From Octopus vulgaris (taxonomy: Eukaryota), in NCBI GenBank assembly GCA_951406725.2, contig OX597831.1, forward strand, positions 23,808,001 through 23,872,000: a DNA stretch of 64,000 bases, in the 5' to 3' direction. Every line of letters begins with the position of its first letter. The stretch's first letter is position 1. The translations under genes were made by a program, and so were the position numbers. Below, in pieces: positions 39,701 through 52,390 of this stretch. Under the pieces are notes generated by a model. It did no database searches and was not told the origin of the DNA. It saw only the letters and a program-made list of their open reading frames with translations.

Positions 39701-39999
39701 TATTATTATTATTATTATCATCATCATCATCATCATCATCATCATTATTATTATTATCATCATCGTTGTCATCATTGCTATTGCTATCATTACAATTGTC
39801 CTCATTAGGATTATCCCCACCACCACCACCACCAAAACTAAAATCAGTAACCTCACCATCGTTGTTGTCATCATCATCATCAACATCGTTGTCATCATCA
39901 CTGTCATCATCACCATTGTCATTGTTGCCATCACCAGCACAACCACTGTCATCATCGCCATCATCATCTTCATTATCATCATCATTGTCCATGATGTTG

Positions 40000-40260
40000 T
40001 GGCTTGTATTACTTTACTATTTATCACATCAACACTCATCCAATTCATTTGTCTTCCCTTTTGTGAAGCCCAGTTTCCAATATCTGATAGCACCACTTCC
40101 TCCTATATCTTTGTCTGCCTCTTCTGCCCACAGGGACTTCCATCAACAAGACCCAACATCTATCATAGTCTCTTCGCACCAACGCAACCCAATATCCTTC
40201 CTTAATATATTGGCCAACATTTCCATTGATCAGTTACTTCCATAGATCACTTGTAATCTG
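40000..40260 (-). mobile_element. decayed RTE ORF2 C-terminus
   Basis: Minus-strand frameshifted pieces GRRGRQR, EVVLSDIG and LGFT resemble the 13503 peptide. Confidence 0.4.
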
Positions 40261-40697
40261 TGATCTACATTCCTAAAATCAGCATTTTTAAAAGCGGTTG
40301 AACATATCACTCTTTATCTCTGAAAAGTTAATTATTTCTCTCCATTCAAATGAACAAAGTTTATCTTTACCGATGACTTGTAGGACACGAACCGAAGACA
40401 AAAGAAACAAAAAATAAAAATAAAGGCAAGAATATAGAGAAGAGAGAAATCATTATTTTCTATGGAAAAAAAATCTACAGAAAAAGAGATAAAAAAATAA
40501 CAAAAATCATTAGAAATACAGTGCAATGGGTTTCTTTTCTTTTTTTTTTTTTGTTTTCAACCATTCTAGTCATACATATTGTATTTAAATAGATCTTCTG
40601 AGTGTCAGAGATTTAAACAAAAAGTAAGAAAACTATAACAGAACAAAGACAGAACACAAGAAAGAAATATGTAAGAAATGAATGTGAGCGGAGTCCA

Positions 40698-40733
<36 letters not shown>

Positions 40734-40836
40734 GATGAGAATAATAATAATAATAATGATAATATCAATGATAAAGATGATAATAATAATAATAGTTATA
40801 ATAAAAGTAATAATAAAGATGATAATAGTAATAATA

Positions 40837-41001
40837 GGCACAGGAGTGGCTGTGTGGTAAGTAGCTTGCTTACCAACCACATGTTTCCAGGTTCAGTCCC
40901 GCTGCATGGCACCTTGAGCAAGTGTTTTATACTATAGCCTTGGGCCAACCAAAGCCTTGTGAGTGGATTTGGTAGATGGAAACTGAAAGAAGCCCATCGT
41001 A

Positions 41002-41045
<44 letters not shown>

Positions 41046-41203
41046 CATGTTTGTGTGTCTGTGTTTGTTCCCCCCAACATCACTTGATAACCGATGCTTG
41101 TGTGTTTACATCACCGCAACTTAGCTGTTTCGCAAAAGAGACCGATAGAATAAGTACTAGGCTTACAAAGATTAAGTCCTGGGGTTGATTTGCTCAACTA
41201 AAG
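40837..41203 (+). mobile_element. OR-like CORE SINE
   Basis: Same family as 15207-15648. Confidence 0.85.
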
Positions 41204-43264
41204 TCATTAAAATTGTTATGCCCAAGTACAATTTTAATTTGTTAAAAAACGTTCCAAACTTTGGGCCATGATTGTACATAGTATATTCTTTATCTCAGAA
41301 ATATAGAATTGCATTATTCCTTTCTTATCACACATTGAAGTTTTGGTGCTACAGGTGGTATCATTAGGAGAAGTGTTCGCTTATTTATTTCTGATATTGA
41401 GGGTTTAAAATATTCAACTTGCTATCCCCAGTTTAGGATAGTAGTGGGGCTCTGGAAACAGGTTTGTAGTTCTTGTTACTGTTGCAGTTGAACTTCATCA
41501 TTTTCATTCCACTTGCCTCTATTTTTTCTACAGTTCTTGTCTAGTTCTTCTACGCATTGAGCTCTGAGGTGAGTTTAATTGCAATGAACGTAGCAACTAG
41601 GAACCATCAATATTATGTGCTTTTCCTCAGCGCCCTTTACTGGACACAGTTCTATAATTGTATGGTTCTGTGATCTGCGAGGGTCCTAAGGATTTGAAAA
41701 TCTTCTAATTATGTGACACCTTCACTAAACATGATGACCTGTCATAACTCTACATAGTTTTGATGCCTGTGTCATCCTTGTATTTATTTGATCTATGTAT
41801 TAAGGCACAAACATATAACCAAAGATTATTTGATTAATTCAGCCTTTGTTTTGGCAATATTACAAGATTTAAAAGTACAACAGATCATCACCATCATCAT
41901 CAATATTTAATGTTCGTTTTTTATGACGGTTTGGGCTGAATGGCTTGACAGGAATTAACAAGGCTGGGGTTGCATCAGGTTCTATAGTCAGTTTTGACTT
42001 GGTTTCTTTAGCCGGATGCCCTTCCTAATGCCAACCACTTTGCTGCATGTAATGGTGCATTTTTTGTGACACCACAATCAGTGCTTTTTATGTGGCACCC
42101 TCACCAGTGCTTTTTACATGAAACTAGCAGCAGTACTTTTCATGTGGCACCAGTGCCTTTTACATGGCACCACCATCCACGTCAATTTTTTGCCTTTTGC
42201 AATTAAGAGAATTGTTCTTATGTCCTGGAGAACCTGTTGTACTACTTAACAGAAGGCAAGACTTAATCTTAATCCACTTCCAATTTTTCATAAGCAGACA
42301 TACACAATATTTTTTTCTCTTTGTCCTCTCTTGGATTAGATCTTGTAGCAAAGAAATACAGTTTGGTTTTACAAAATTCTGCCACTGATACGTTTTACCC
42401 TATTACTGCTACAGATCTACAAATTCTATTCTACTTGTATCAGATGAAGGTCTACTAGAACAAAACTCCTATATTCACAGACTGCAGTTTTTGGTATCAT
42501 GAAACAATCTCTACTGCTGGGGTTGTTATGATTTTCACAGTCTTCCATATTACTTATTTGATTATTTGGGACATTAATTGTTCACTAAACTTTTCATTCT
42601 ATTCTTCCTCTTGTTCGTTCAGTGGTGCAATTTGGTTTTGTGTGACTCATTGTTAGCACCTTTTTTTTTTCTGTGCAACTGTAGCGGTCGTTTAGCAGAA
42701 TTATGCATGGAAGCCATTTTGGTTGTGAAAAACGTAATGTGTGAAAATGAAATAGTTAGAAAACCTCATATTATTTTTTTCTTCCTTTTCTTTTTTTTTT
42801 TTTTTTTTGGTTTTACTCCTTGGATATTGGATATCAATAGCAGACAATTCCTTATGCAATTATAGTTCTCTTTTTACAAGTACACCAACGAAAATTTCAT
42901 TTGATGAATCTTGAATAGACTGTGTTTTGAAGAGAGAAGCAAAAAAGACAGCTTTACACTATGAATGTCAAATAATAAAATAATAGTAGTAGTAGTAGTG
43001 GTGGTGGTGGTGGTGGTGGTGGTGGTGGTGGTGGTAATAGTAGTGGTTTTAAATTTCGGAACAGAGCCAGCAATTTTGGGGTAGAGGGTAAGTCAATCAC
43101 ATTGACACAAGGGCACAACTGGTACCTGCTTTATCATCCCCCGAAAGGTTGAAAATTGAAGTTGACTTTGGCAGAATTTGAACTCAGAATATGAAGATGG
43201 GAAAAAACGCTGCAAAACAATTTGTCCCGCATGTTAACAGTTCTGCCAGTTCACCACATTACTA

Positions 43265-43267
43265 TAA

Positions 43268-43310
<43 letters not shown>

Positions 43311-43311
43311 C

Positions 43312-43409
<98 letters not shown>

Positions 43410-43437
43410 CAATAATAATAATAATAATGACAATGAC

Positions 43438-43505
<68 letters not shown>

Positions 43506-43506
43506 C

Positions 43507-43541
<35 letters not shown>

Positions 43542-43627
43542 CAATAATAATAATAATAATAATGACAATAACAATAATAATAATAATAATGACAATGACA
43601 ATAATAATAATAATAATAATAATAATG

Positions 43628-43700
<73 letters not shown>

Positions 43701-43701
43701 C

Positions 43702-43737
<36 letters not shown>

Positions 43738-43760
43738 TTATAATAATAATGCCAATAATA
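43265..43760. repeat. (TAA)n microsatellite between two minus-strand Meta SINEs (~43045-43258 and ~43895-44113)
   Basis: Direct inspection. Confidence 0.95.
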
Positions 43761-44163
43761 ATTAATCAAGGGCTAACAAAAATCAATTAAAACATAAAGG
43801 GACAAAACACAGGATGAAAGTTACGAAGGGTTTTGTCCGTTTGAAAAAGATTACAATGACAATAAGAATAATAATAATGACAATAATAATAATAAATGGT
43901 TTCAAATTTTGCCTCATGGGCAGCAATTTTTGGAGAGATGGGATGAGTTGATTACATTGACCCCAGTGTTCAACTGGTGCTTATTTTATCGACCCCGAAA
44001 GGATGAAAGGTAAAGTCAACCTCAGTGGAATTTGAACTCAGAACATAGTGATAGACAAAATTCCGCTAAGCATTTTGCCCACCGTGCTAACGATTCTGCT
44101 AGCTCTACACCTTCAATAATAATAATAATAATAATAATACTAGTAATAATAATAATGATGATG

Positions 44164-44227
<64 letters not shown>

Positions 44228-44467
44228 TGATAATGATAATAGAAAGGTTAAATCAATACAGGAAATATTTTAGTCGTAAAAGTAGATTTCTGACACGAAG
44301 TAAAAAGATTAATGTTAGCTGATGTACCTAGTACAGTCTGTCATTTCCTTCAAACAGAATAGAAACATTTTTTTGGTAATGGCAGAAAAATTTCAGAAAA
44401 AAAATCATAATCAATGAGAAATATGATGAAATTAGTTACTGTAACACATAGTGGGAGTATGTGTATG

Positions 44468-44500
<33 letters not shown>

Positions 44501-44501
44501 A

Positions 44502-44552
<51 letters not shown>

Positions 44553-44827
44553 TTGTTTTAGTTTATATATGTGCGTGCATATGTGTACGAAAGTAGTTAG
44601 AAATGTGTACACTGGGGTTTAAAAAATATGTATATATATAGTGATGATGATGATAATATATGTAGGTGAGTGTGTGTGTGTGTGTGCATGTGTGCACATG
44701 CATGTATGTCTTGTGTATGTGTGAGGGCTTATATATACTTTTAAATACTTAACTCACAAATCATGGTGAGTACTTTCAAGTTTTTTTTTAATACAAAACT
44801 ATAAATCAAACATGCTGAATATGTGTG

Positions 44828-44883
<56 letters not shown>

Positions 44884-44888
44884 TATAC

Positions 44889-44921
<33 letters not shown>

Positions 44922-44999
44922 TGTATGTGTGTGTATATATATATATATATGTATGTATGTATGTGTGTATGTGTGTGTATATGTATATATATACACACA

Positions 45000-45031
<32 letters not shown>

Positions 45032-45118
45032 GGTATGTATGTACATATGTATGTATGTATACACGCATATATTTATACATAAATATATATATATATATAT
45101 ATAATATGAATATATATT

Positions 45119-45170
<52 letters not shown>

Positions 45171-45544
45171 ATATATACATACACACACAATGTGTGTATA
45201 TATGTATAAGGTATATGCATGTGTACATGTGCATACCTGTGTGTAAATGTTTGTAACCTCAACCATATATACCCAAGTACAAGTGTCTAGAAAGACATGT
45301 TTCTTACATATGTAATTTTTGTCATACATGTACTTTCCTTCTGTTTTTATATACAACGGTAAACCAAACAAACTGATCAAGTTTTTCCACCCCGATACAT
45401 GTGTTTGTGTATGTGATGCAAAAAATTATGCATTTGACTGCAAATGTGTATGCACATGGATGTTCATGTGGGAAGGTGTCCTGTATGCATACGTTTATTT
45501 CTCACAGTAAGTTCTCCCATAATCCAAACATATTTTCTGTATAT

Positions 45545-46154
45545 GGCAAGACTAGTCAGGCCATAACCCGTGGCCCCTACCTGGGACATAGTCAGTCCAC
45601 CTGTGCATACCTTCCTTCTTGTGACACTTGTGAAGACCTGTTGAGGCAAGTGAAAATCAAAACAAATCAAAATAGATGAACATCAATGGAATTTGTATCT
45701 TTGTGGTACCAGTGCCGGTGGAACACAAGAAAACCATCCGAACGTGGCCGTAGCCAGTACCACATCGACTGGCCTCCGTGCTGTGGGCACGTAACAAACA
45801 CCATCCCATCGTGGCCATTTGCCAGCCTCATCTGGCACCTGTGTCGGTGGCACATAAAAACACCATCCGAGCATGGCCGTCTGCCAGCCTCGTCTGGCAC
45901 CTGTGTCGGTGGCACATAAAAAACACCATCCGAGCGTGGCCGTTCGCCAGCCTCGTCTGGCACCTGTGTCGGTGGCACATACAATCACCCACTACACTCT
46001 CGGAGTTGTTGGCGTTAGGAAGGGCATCCAGCTGTAGAAACACTGCCAGATCTGACTGGCCTGGTGCAGCCTTCGGGCTCCCCAGACCCCAGTTGAACCG
46101 TCCAACCCAAGCTAGCATGGAAAGCGGACGTTAAATGATGATGATGATGATGAT
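45545..46154 (+). mobile_element. long RTE LINE 3' UTR with ~4 internal units
   Basis: Longest UTR copy in the window; (GAT)n tail. Confidence 0.85.
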
Positions 46155-46531
46155 GTGTCTATGTGTAACATGTGCATGTGAGAGTTGCACATACGGGTGT
46201 GTATGCACATGCACAACATGCATGTATCTCTTGGTTATGGTTTTTTACCACTTTCACCCCCACAATATATTAATATGCATTATGTATATATTTTCCAAAA
46301 TGTGCAATTAATTAATATGAAGATATCTTCAACATGATAACGTCTCTTATACCTCATACATATGCATATAAATGTATATGTGTATAAGTGTGTGTATACA
46401 TATATGTGTGTATATCTATATATACATATAAAGTTAATCCAAACAAGAAAGCACAAAAAAAACACAACAACGCGAGGACGTGGAACAAATATAGTATTAT
46501 TGGACGCTCAGGAAAGAAGGAAAGAAGGAGG

Positions 46532-46566
46532 GTTTAACGTTTCGAGTGGAGCTCTTCGTCGGAAAC
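46532..46566 (-). ncRNA. minimal hammerhead-like motif in a PLE-type terminal remnant (~46430-46640)
   Basis: GUUU-CCGACGA-A-GAG-cucca-CUC-GAAA-CGUU-AAAC; core U4 is replaced by C. Confidence 0.55.
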
Positions 46567-46731
46567 AGAGGAAAAGAAAAGATCCAGAGAAGGGAAGACA
46601 GAGGAAAAAAAATCACTAACGGTACATACGAGGTCACATATATATTTGTGTACATATATATAAATATATACACAAACATATACATACATAAATATATGTG
46701 TGTATATATGTGTGTGTGTGTGTGTGTGTGT

Positions 46732-46985
46732 GGAGGCACGTGGCTTAATGGTTAGGGTGTCAGCACCATGATCGTAAGATTGTGGTTTCAATTCCTGGAC
46801 TGGGTGACGTATTGTGTTCTTGAGCAAAATACTTCATTTCATGCTGCTCCAGTCCATTTAGGTGCCAAAAATGAGTAAGGCTGCAATGGCCTGGCATCTC
46901 GTCCAGCTGGGGAACACATACACCATAGAAACTGGGAAACCCGGCCCATGAGCCTGGCTAGCATTTAAAAAGGTGCATTTATTTT
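46732..46985 (+). mobile_element. tRNA-derived CORE-type SINE
   Basis: GGAGGCACGTGGCTTAATGGTTAGGG head; TTGAGCAAAATACTTCATTTC CORE-like block. Confidence 0.75.
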
Positions 46986-47357
46986 TCTATTAATTATATG
47001 TACATATATATATGAGTATATATACACACACACATATATGTAAGTTTATATTTATATACACATTATATTGGGTTAATATTTTTGCGTAAATAAGGTGCAG
47101 TGAGTGGGAAGAATCGATAGCAGACCAGGGAAAATGCTTAGCAGCTTTTCTTCCATCTTTATGTCCTGAGTTCAAATTCCACCGAGGTCAGTTTTGCCTA
47201 TCATCCTTTCAGCATCAATAAAATCAGTACCAGTCGAGCACTGGGGATGTGTGTGTGTGTGTGTGTGTGTGTGTGTTGGGGGTCAGTGTAATTAACTTAC
47301 CCCCTTCCCTGAAATTACTGGCCCTGTGTGCCAAAATTTGAAACCAGCATCTATTTA

Positions 47358-47400
<43 letters not shown>

Positions 47401-47508
47401 TTACATATATACATATATAAATATATATATATATACATATATAAATATATATATATACATATATACATACATATATATACTTACATATATACATATATAT
47501 ATATATAT

Positions 47509-47545
<37 letters not shown>

Positions 47546-47874
47546 TATATATATTATAGATATATGTTCTGCAACTAAATGATAGAGAGATGACAAGATT
47601 ATCAATCATATATTATGCTGAGACCATATCTGGAAATGCTTGGGTAATAATATGGACAAAAGGTTAAAGCGAAGATAAATTATTTTTGACTACATAGTTG
47701 TGGATCATAAGGTCAAATTTGCTACTAATATTTCATTAGGTCCATTGTGAGAACATTATAGTCTGCTTCAACCAAAGTCTCATTAGTAGGTACCAAATCA
47801 ATCAAAAAAATATTCAAATCTAGGCCAGTATTCTGTCAACTTCATGGTCTGCTTTGCTGTTATATCCACAACAC

Positions 47875-48109
47875 ATAAGGCGGTGAGCTGGCAGAATCGT
47901 TAGCATGCCGGACGAAATGCTTAGCAGTATTTCGTCTGTCGTTACGTTGTCAGTTCAAATTCCACCGAGGTCGACTTTGCCTTTCATCCTTTCGGGGTCG
48001 ATAAATAAAGTGCCAGTTTCGCACTGGGGTCGATGTAATCGACTTAATCCGTTTGTCTGTCCTTGTTTGTCCCCTCTATGTTTAGCCCCTTGTGGGAAGT
48101 AAAGAAATG
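47875..48109 (+). mobile_element. young Meta-domain SINE with a 14-bp TSD
   Basis: TSD TATATCCACAACAC at 47861-47874 and 48110-48123; GCCTTTCATCCTTTCGGGGTCGATAAAT. Confidence 0.9.
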
Positions 48110-48239
48110 TATATCCACAACACGTTTTTGACTACAGGCTAAACGTGATGGCTGATCTTAACAGCTGACTGTTGCACATTAAATTTTTCATATTTCTCTC
48201 TTCCTCTGTGATATCTTTATTCATTGTTATTGATTTGCT

Positions 48240-48610
48240 CCCACGTCTTTAGGTCTCTGGTTCTCCCTGCCCTACTGTATCGTTGTGAGACTTGGTCACA
48301 GTCTTGGGTTCTTAGGAATCGCCTGAACTCTTTTGGTACCAGGACGCTTCATAGGATCATGGGTTACTATTGGTCAGATTTCATATGTAACCAGAACCTG
48401 GGATGTTTCCTGTTACTTATACAATTTGGGAGAAACAGCTCAAACTGTTTGACCATGTTGCTCGATTTTTTGAGTAAGACCCTGCTTATTGTGTTCTCTA
48501 CATTGAGAATCCAAATGGGTTGACAGCAAGTGTTGGTTGACCACATGCCACCTGGTCATGGCAGGTATCTCACATATATGGGGACAAACTGACAGCTACC
48601 CAGGAAGACC
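48240..48610 (+). mobile_element. RTE LINE ORF2 remnant (post-RT)
   Basis: VFRSLVLPALLYRCETW...RLNSFGTRTLHRIMGYYWSDFICN fits the RTE VLP.LLYG.ETW...L.RI.G..W.D...N motif. Confidence 0.85.
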
Positions 48611-48620
48611 TGGTAATATA

Positions 48621-48995
48621 TTGGGTTGTCCGGAAAGTTTGCTCGGATTTTTAAAGGAAAGAAAAAGATCAACAACTACTTGCCATTACCCAAGGTTTAC
48701 CAAGTGCTCATGAACAACGGATTTTGATAAGTTGAGGCTTTCTTCCAATTCTTGGGTTGTGAAATGTGGGTTATTCTCAATTAATGACTTGATTTGGTCA
48801 TCATCTGTAGTGGATGGTCTGCCTGATTGCTCTTTATCAATAAGGCTACAATCTCCAACTCGGAACCTTGCGAACCACTTCCATACAGTTCTTTCGGATA
48901 AAGAAACATCACCGTAAACTGCGCATATTTCTTTGGTTGCTTGTGAGGCATTTTTCCCTTTACAGAAAAAGAAAAGCATCAAGTGCCAAAAATGA
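48621..48995 (-). mobile_element. mariner transposon remnant (N-terminal HTH domains, internally deleted, one TIR)
   Basis: ORF 48686-48982 FCKGKNASQATKEICAVYG..SERTVWKWFARFRVGD...SGRP; TA followed by a TTGGGTTGTCCGGAAAG TIR at 48621. Confidence 0.85.
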
Positions 48996-49002
48996 ACAAA
49001 TA

Positions 49003-50192
49003 TAGCCTGAATAGTTGGAATATTTTGGCTAGATATGGCCTGAATAGTTGGAATATTTTGGCTGGATATGGCCTGAATAGTTGGAATATTTTAGCTGGAT
49101 ATGGCCTGAATATTTGGAATATTTTGGCTGGATATGTCCTGAATAGTTGGAATATTTTGGCTGGATATGGCCTGAATAGTTGGAATATTTTGGCTGTATA
49201 TGGCCTGAATATTTGGAATATTTTGGCTGGATATGGCCTGAATAGTTGGAATATTTTGGCTGTATATGGCCTGAATATTTGGAATATTTTGGCTGGATAT
49301 GGCCTGAATAGTTGGAATATTCTGGTTGGATATGACGTGAATAGTTGGAATATTTTGGCTGGATATGGCCTGAATAGTTGGAATATTTTGGCTGGATATG
49401 GCCTGAATAGTTGGAATATTTTGACTGGATATGGCCTGAATATTTGGAATATTTTGGCTGGATATGGCCTGAATAGTTGGAATATTTTGGCTGAATATGG
49501 CCTGAATAGTTGGAATATTTTGGCTGGATATTGCCTGAATATTTGGAATATTTTGGCTGGATGTGGCCTGAATAGTTGGAATATTTTAGCTGGATATGGC
49601 CTGAATATTTGGAATATTTTGGCTGGATATGGCCTAAATATTTGGAATATTTTGGCTGTACATGGCCTGAATATTTGGAATATTTTGGCTGTATATGGCC
49701 TGAATAGTTGGAATATTTTGGCTGGATATTGCCTGAATATTTGGAATATTTTGGCTGGATGTGGCCTGAATATTTGGAATATTTTGGCTGGATATGGCCT
49801 GAATAGTTGGAATATTTTGGCTGGATATTGCCTGAATATTTGGAATATTTTGGCTGGATGTGGCCTGAATAGTTGGAATATTTTGGCTGGATATGGCCTG
49901 AATAGTTGGAATATTTTGGCTGTATATGGCCTGAATAGTTGGAATATTTTGGCTGGATATTGCCTGAATATTTGGAATATTTTGGCTGGATGTGGCCTGA
50001 ATAGTTGGAATATTTTGGCTGGATGTGGCCTGAATATTTGGAATATTTTGGCTGGATGTGGCCTGAATAGTTGGAATATTTTGGCTGGATGTGGCCTGAA
50101 TAGTTGGAATATTTTGGCTGGATATTGCCTGAATATTTGGAATATTTTGGCTGGATGTGGCCTGAATAGTTGGAATATTTTAGCTGGATATG
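49003..50192. repeat. 33-bp minisatellite, ~36 copies
   Basis: Unit GGCCTGAATAGTTGGAATATTTTGGCTGGATAT; translates as (GLNSWNILAGY)n. Confidence 0.97.
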
Positions 50193-50689
50193 ACCTGTTT
50201 AAATGCTAAAGGTCTAAATATATATATATTTAAAAGAAATAGCTCCACATTTCATTTTGTCTTCCTGTGAACTGAATCTACAGCAAACAGAGGTAATTAA
50301 AATTATAGTGTAGCCCCAGATCGTCCCTCATCAAGCTGACTTATGGAATATAAGTAGTTGAGCAAATAACTCGGTGCAACCCACAGATCCATGTTTACAG
50401 ACTGACAAAATTAATGGCAATAACACAATGGGCTTCATTCCATTCATACACCAATCTTACGAGTATTGGCTTTGGGCTTATAAATATAATCAATAATTAT
50501 ACAGTTAAACAACATGTATGCATTGAATTACTGAGTGCATATAAACCTATAATTTATTTATATAATTTTTATTGTGCATCTTATAATGTTGTAAATAATA
50601 TTCACACTGTTTTTATTTTCTGAAAGATTCAGTGAATGTAATCAATGCTTCACTAAATTTGGTCATTCACTGACATGAAATATTTATTG

Positions 50690-51000
50690 CCACGAGCTTG
50701 TGTAATGCATTCTTAGCTAGATTCCTATCTGCCAGCATTTTCATGATTGGAAGGGGATGGCGCAGCGTTCCGTATGTTGTTTCGTTTGAGATGCACGATG
50801 TCTGTATTTTAGGTGATGCTGTTGAAAGAGACTATGTTATCAAGTTCTTCCACCTATTCCCACCACCCCTCATAGATATTACAGAAGACCTGTCTACTTT
50901 CACACTTTATCTTAGTCAATGCAGAGAGATGGAATATACAAAATAAATCATAAAAATGCAGACATCATTTGCACACATTTACACATCAATGGGTAACAAC
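50690..51000 (-). pseudogene. highly decayed RTE RT fragment
   Basis: Minus-strand pieces CANDVCIF, VEELD and RNLAKNALHKL weakly resemble YADD / VE.F.YLG / RI..A..AF.KL. Confidence 0.3.
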
Positions 51001-51684
51001 AATTTCAGATTTTACAATTGTGTGGTTTGCAGTCACCTGTTTTCTATTTTCATTTATTTCCTCTTCGCTTTGGCGTTGTTAAATATTCAGTTCAGAAGGC
51101 TTCCCCATCAAACTGTTTTTCTTTCTATTTTCATACAACCAACTGTTCTTGGTTCCTACATCATTCTCTGCAGACAGGTATAGAATGCAAGAAAAATATA
51201 ATCTCCATGTTATTCCTTGACTGAGATTTGTGGCAAGAGGAATCATGGAATCGCAACAGAATATAGCTAGACAGAATTAGTGACGAGCAGTTCGATATCT
51301 ACATCAGGAATCGATATTTTGTCCTGAATCCCTAAAACTGGTGCCATAAAGAATTATGAGCATCGATTTTGGTTATTTATTTAACTATTGCATTTGTTCT
51401 TTATTCTCAACTTATTTACAATAACAATATTACAAATGAAGCAAAAGTAACAGCATTTATATAAATGTTATTATGAAGAGCAATGGATGACAGAAATTAG
51501 TGGAGTGGCAGATTAAATGCTTCACTGAGTTTGCTTTAAATCACTTTACTTTGTGAGTTCAAATTCTACTGGTGCCGGCTTTGCATTTTTATCCCCATGG
51601 GCTCCATAAAATAAACTACAAGTCAAGTGATTGGTCAATGTAATTAACAATATTCCACCTTAGAATCTGTGGTTTTGAGTCCAT

Positions 51685-52390
51685 TTTACTCTTACTCTTT
51701 TACTTCTTTCAGTCATTTGACTCAGGTCATGCTGGAGCACCACCTTCAGTTGAGCAAATCGACCCCAGGACTTATTCTTTGTAAGCCTAGTACTTATTCT
51801 ATCAGTCTCTTTTGCTGAACCACTAAGTTAGGGGGACGTAAACACACCAGCATCGGTTGTCAAGCGATATGGTAGACAGAAACTGAAAGAACGTGGCTAG
51901 CTGGCTGAAATGCTTTGCAGTATTTTGTCTGCAGATACGTTCTAAATTCAAATTACGCCACGGTCGACTTTGCCTTTCATCTTTCGGGGTTGATTAAATA
52001 AGTACCAGTTATGCACTGGGGTCGATATAATTGACTTAATCCATTTGTCTGTCCTTGTTTGTCCCCTCTGTGTGTAGCCCCTTGTGGGCAGTAAAGAAAT
52101 AAGAAACTGAAAGAATCCCATCATATATATGTGCATGTGTGTGTGTGTGTGTGTGTATGTGTGTATTTATGTGTGTCTGCATTTGTGTCTGTGTTTGTCC
52201 CTCCCCGCTATCGCTTGAAGACCAATGTTGGTGTGCTTATGTCCTTGTAACTAAGCAATCCACAAAAAGCGAATGATAGAATAAGTACTAGGTTTAGAAA
52301 TAATAAGTTCTGGGGTCAATTTCTTTGACTAAAACCCTTTAAGGCAGTGCTCCAGCATGGCCACAGTCAAATGAATGAAACATGTAAAAA
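51685..52390. mobile_element. cluster of OR-like SINE (-), Meta SINE (+) and OR-like SINE tail (+)
   Basis: Family motifs at 51685-51890, 51897-52103 and 52103-52390. Confidence 0.75.

Noticed and set aside
45700-45990. CRISPR-like repeat-spacer array in the RTE UTR
   Set aside because: The whole ~60-bp unit repeats; the variable parts are short loops, not unique spacers.
49003-50192. CRISPR array
   Set aside because: Repeats are head-to-tail with no unique spacers; eukaryotic context and no cas genes.
48983-50209. 408-aa ORF (GLNSWNILAGY)n as a protein gene
   Set aside because: It is entirely a 33-bp minisatellite whose unit lacks a stop in one frame; GTG start and no unique domain.
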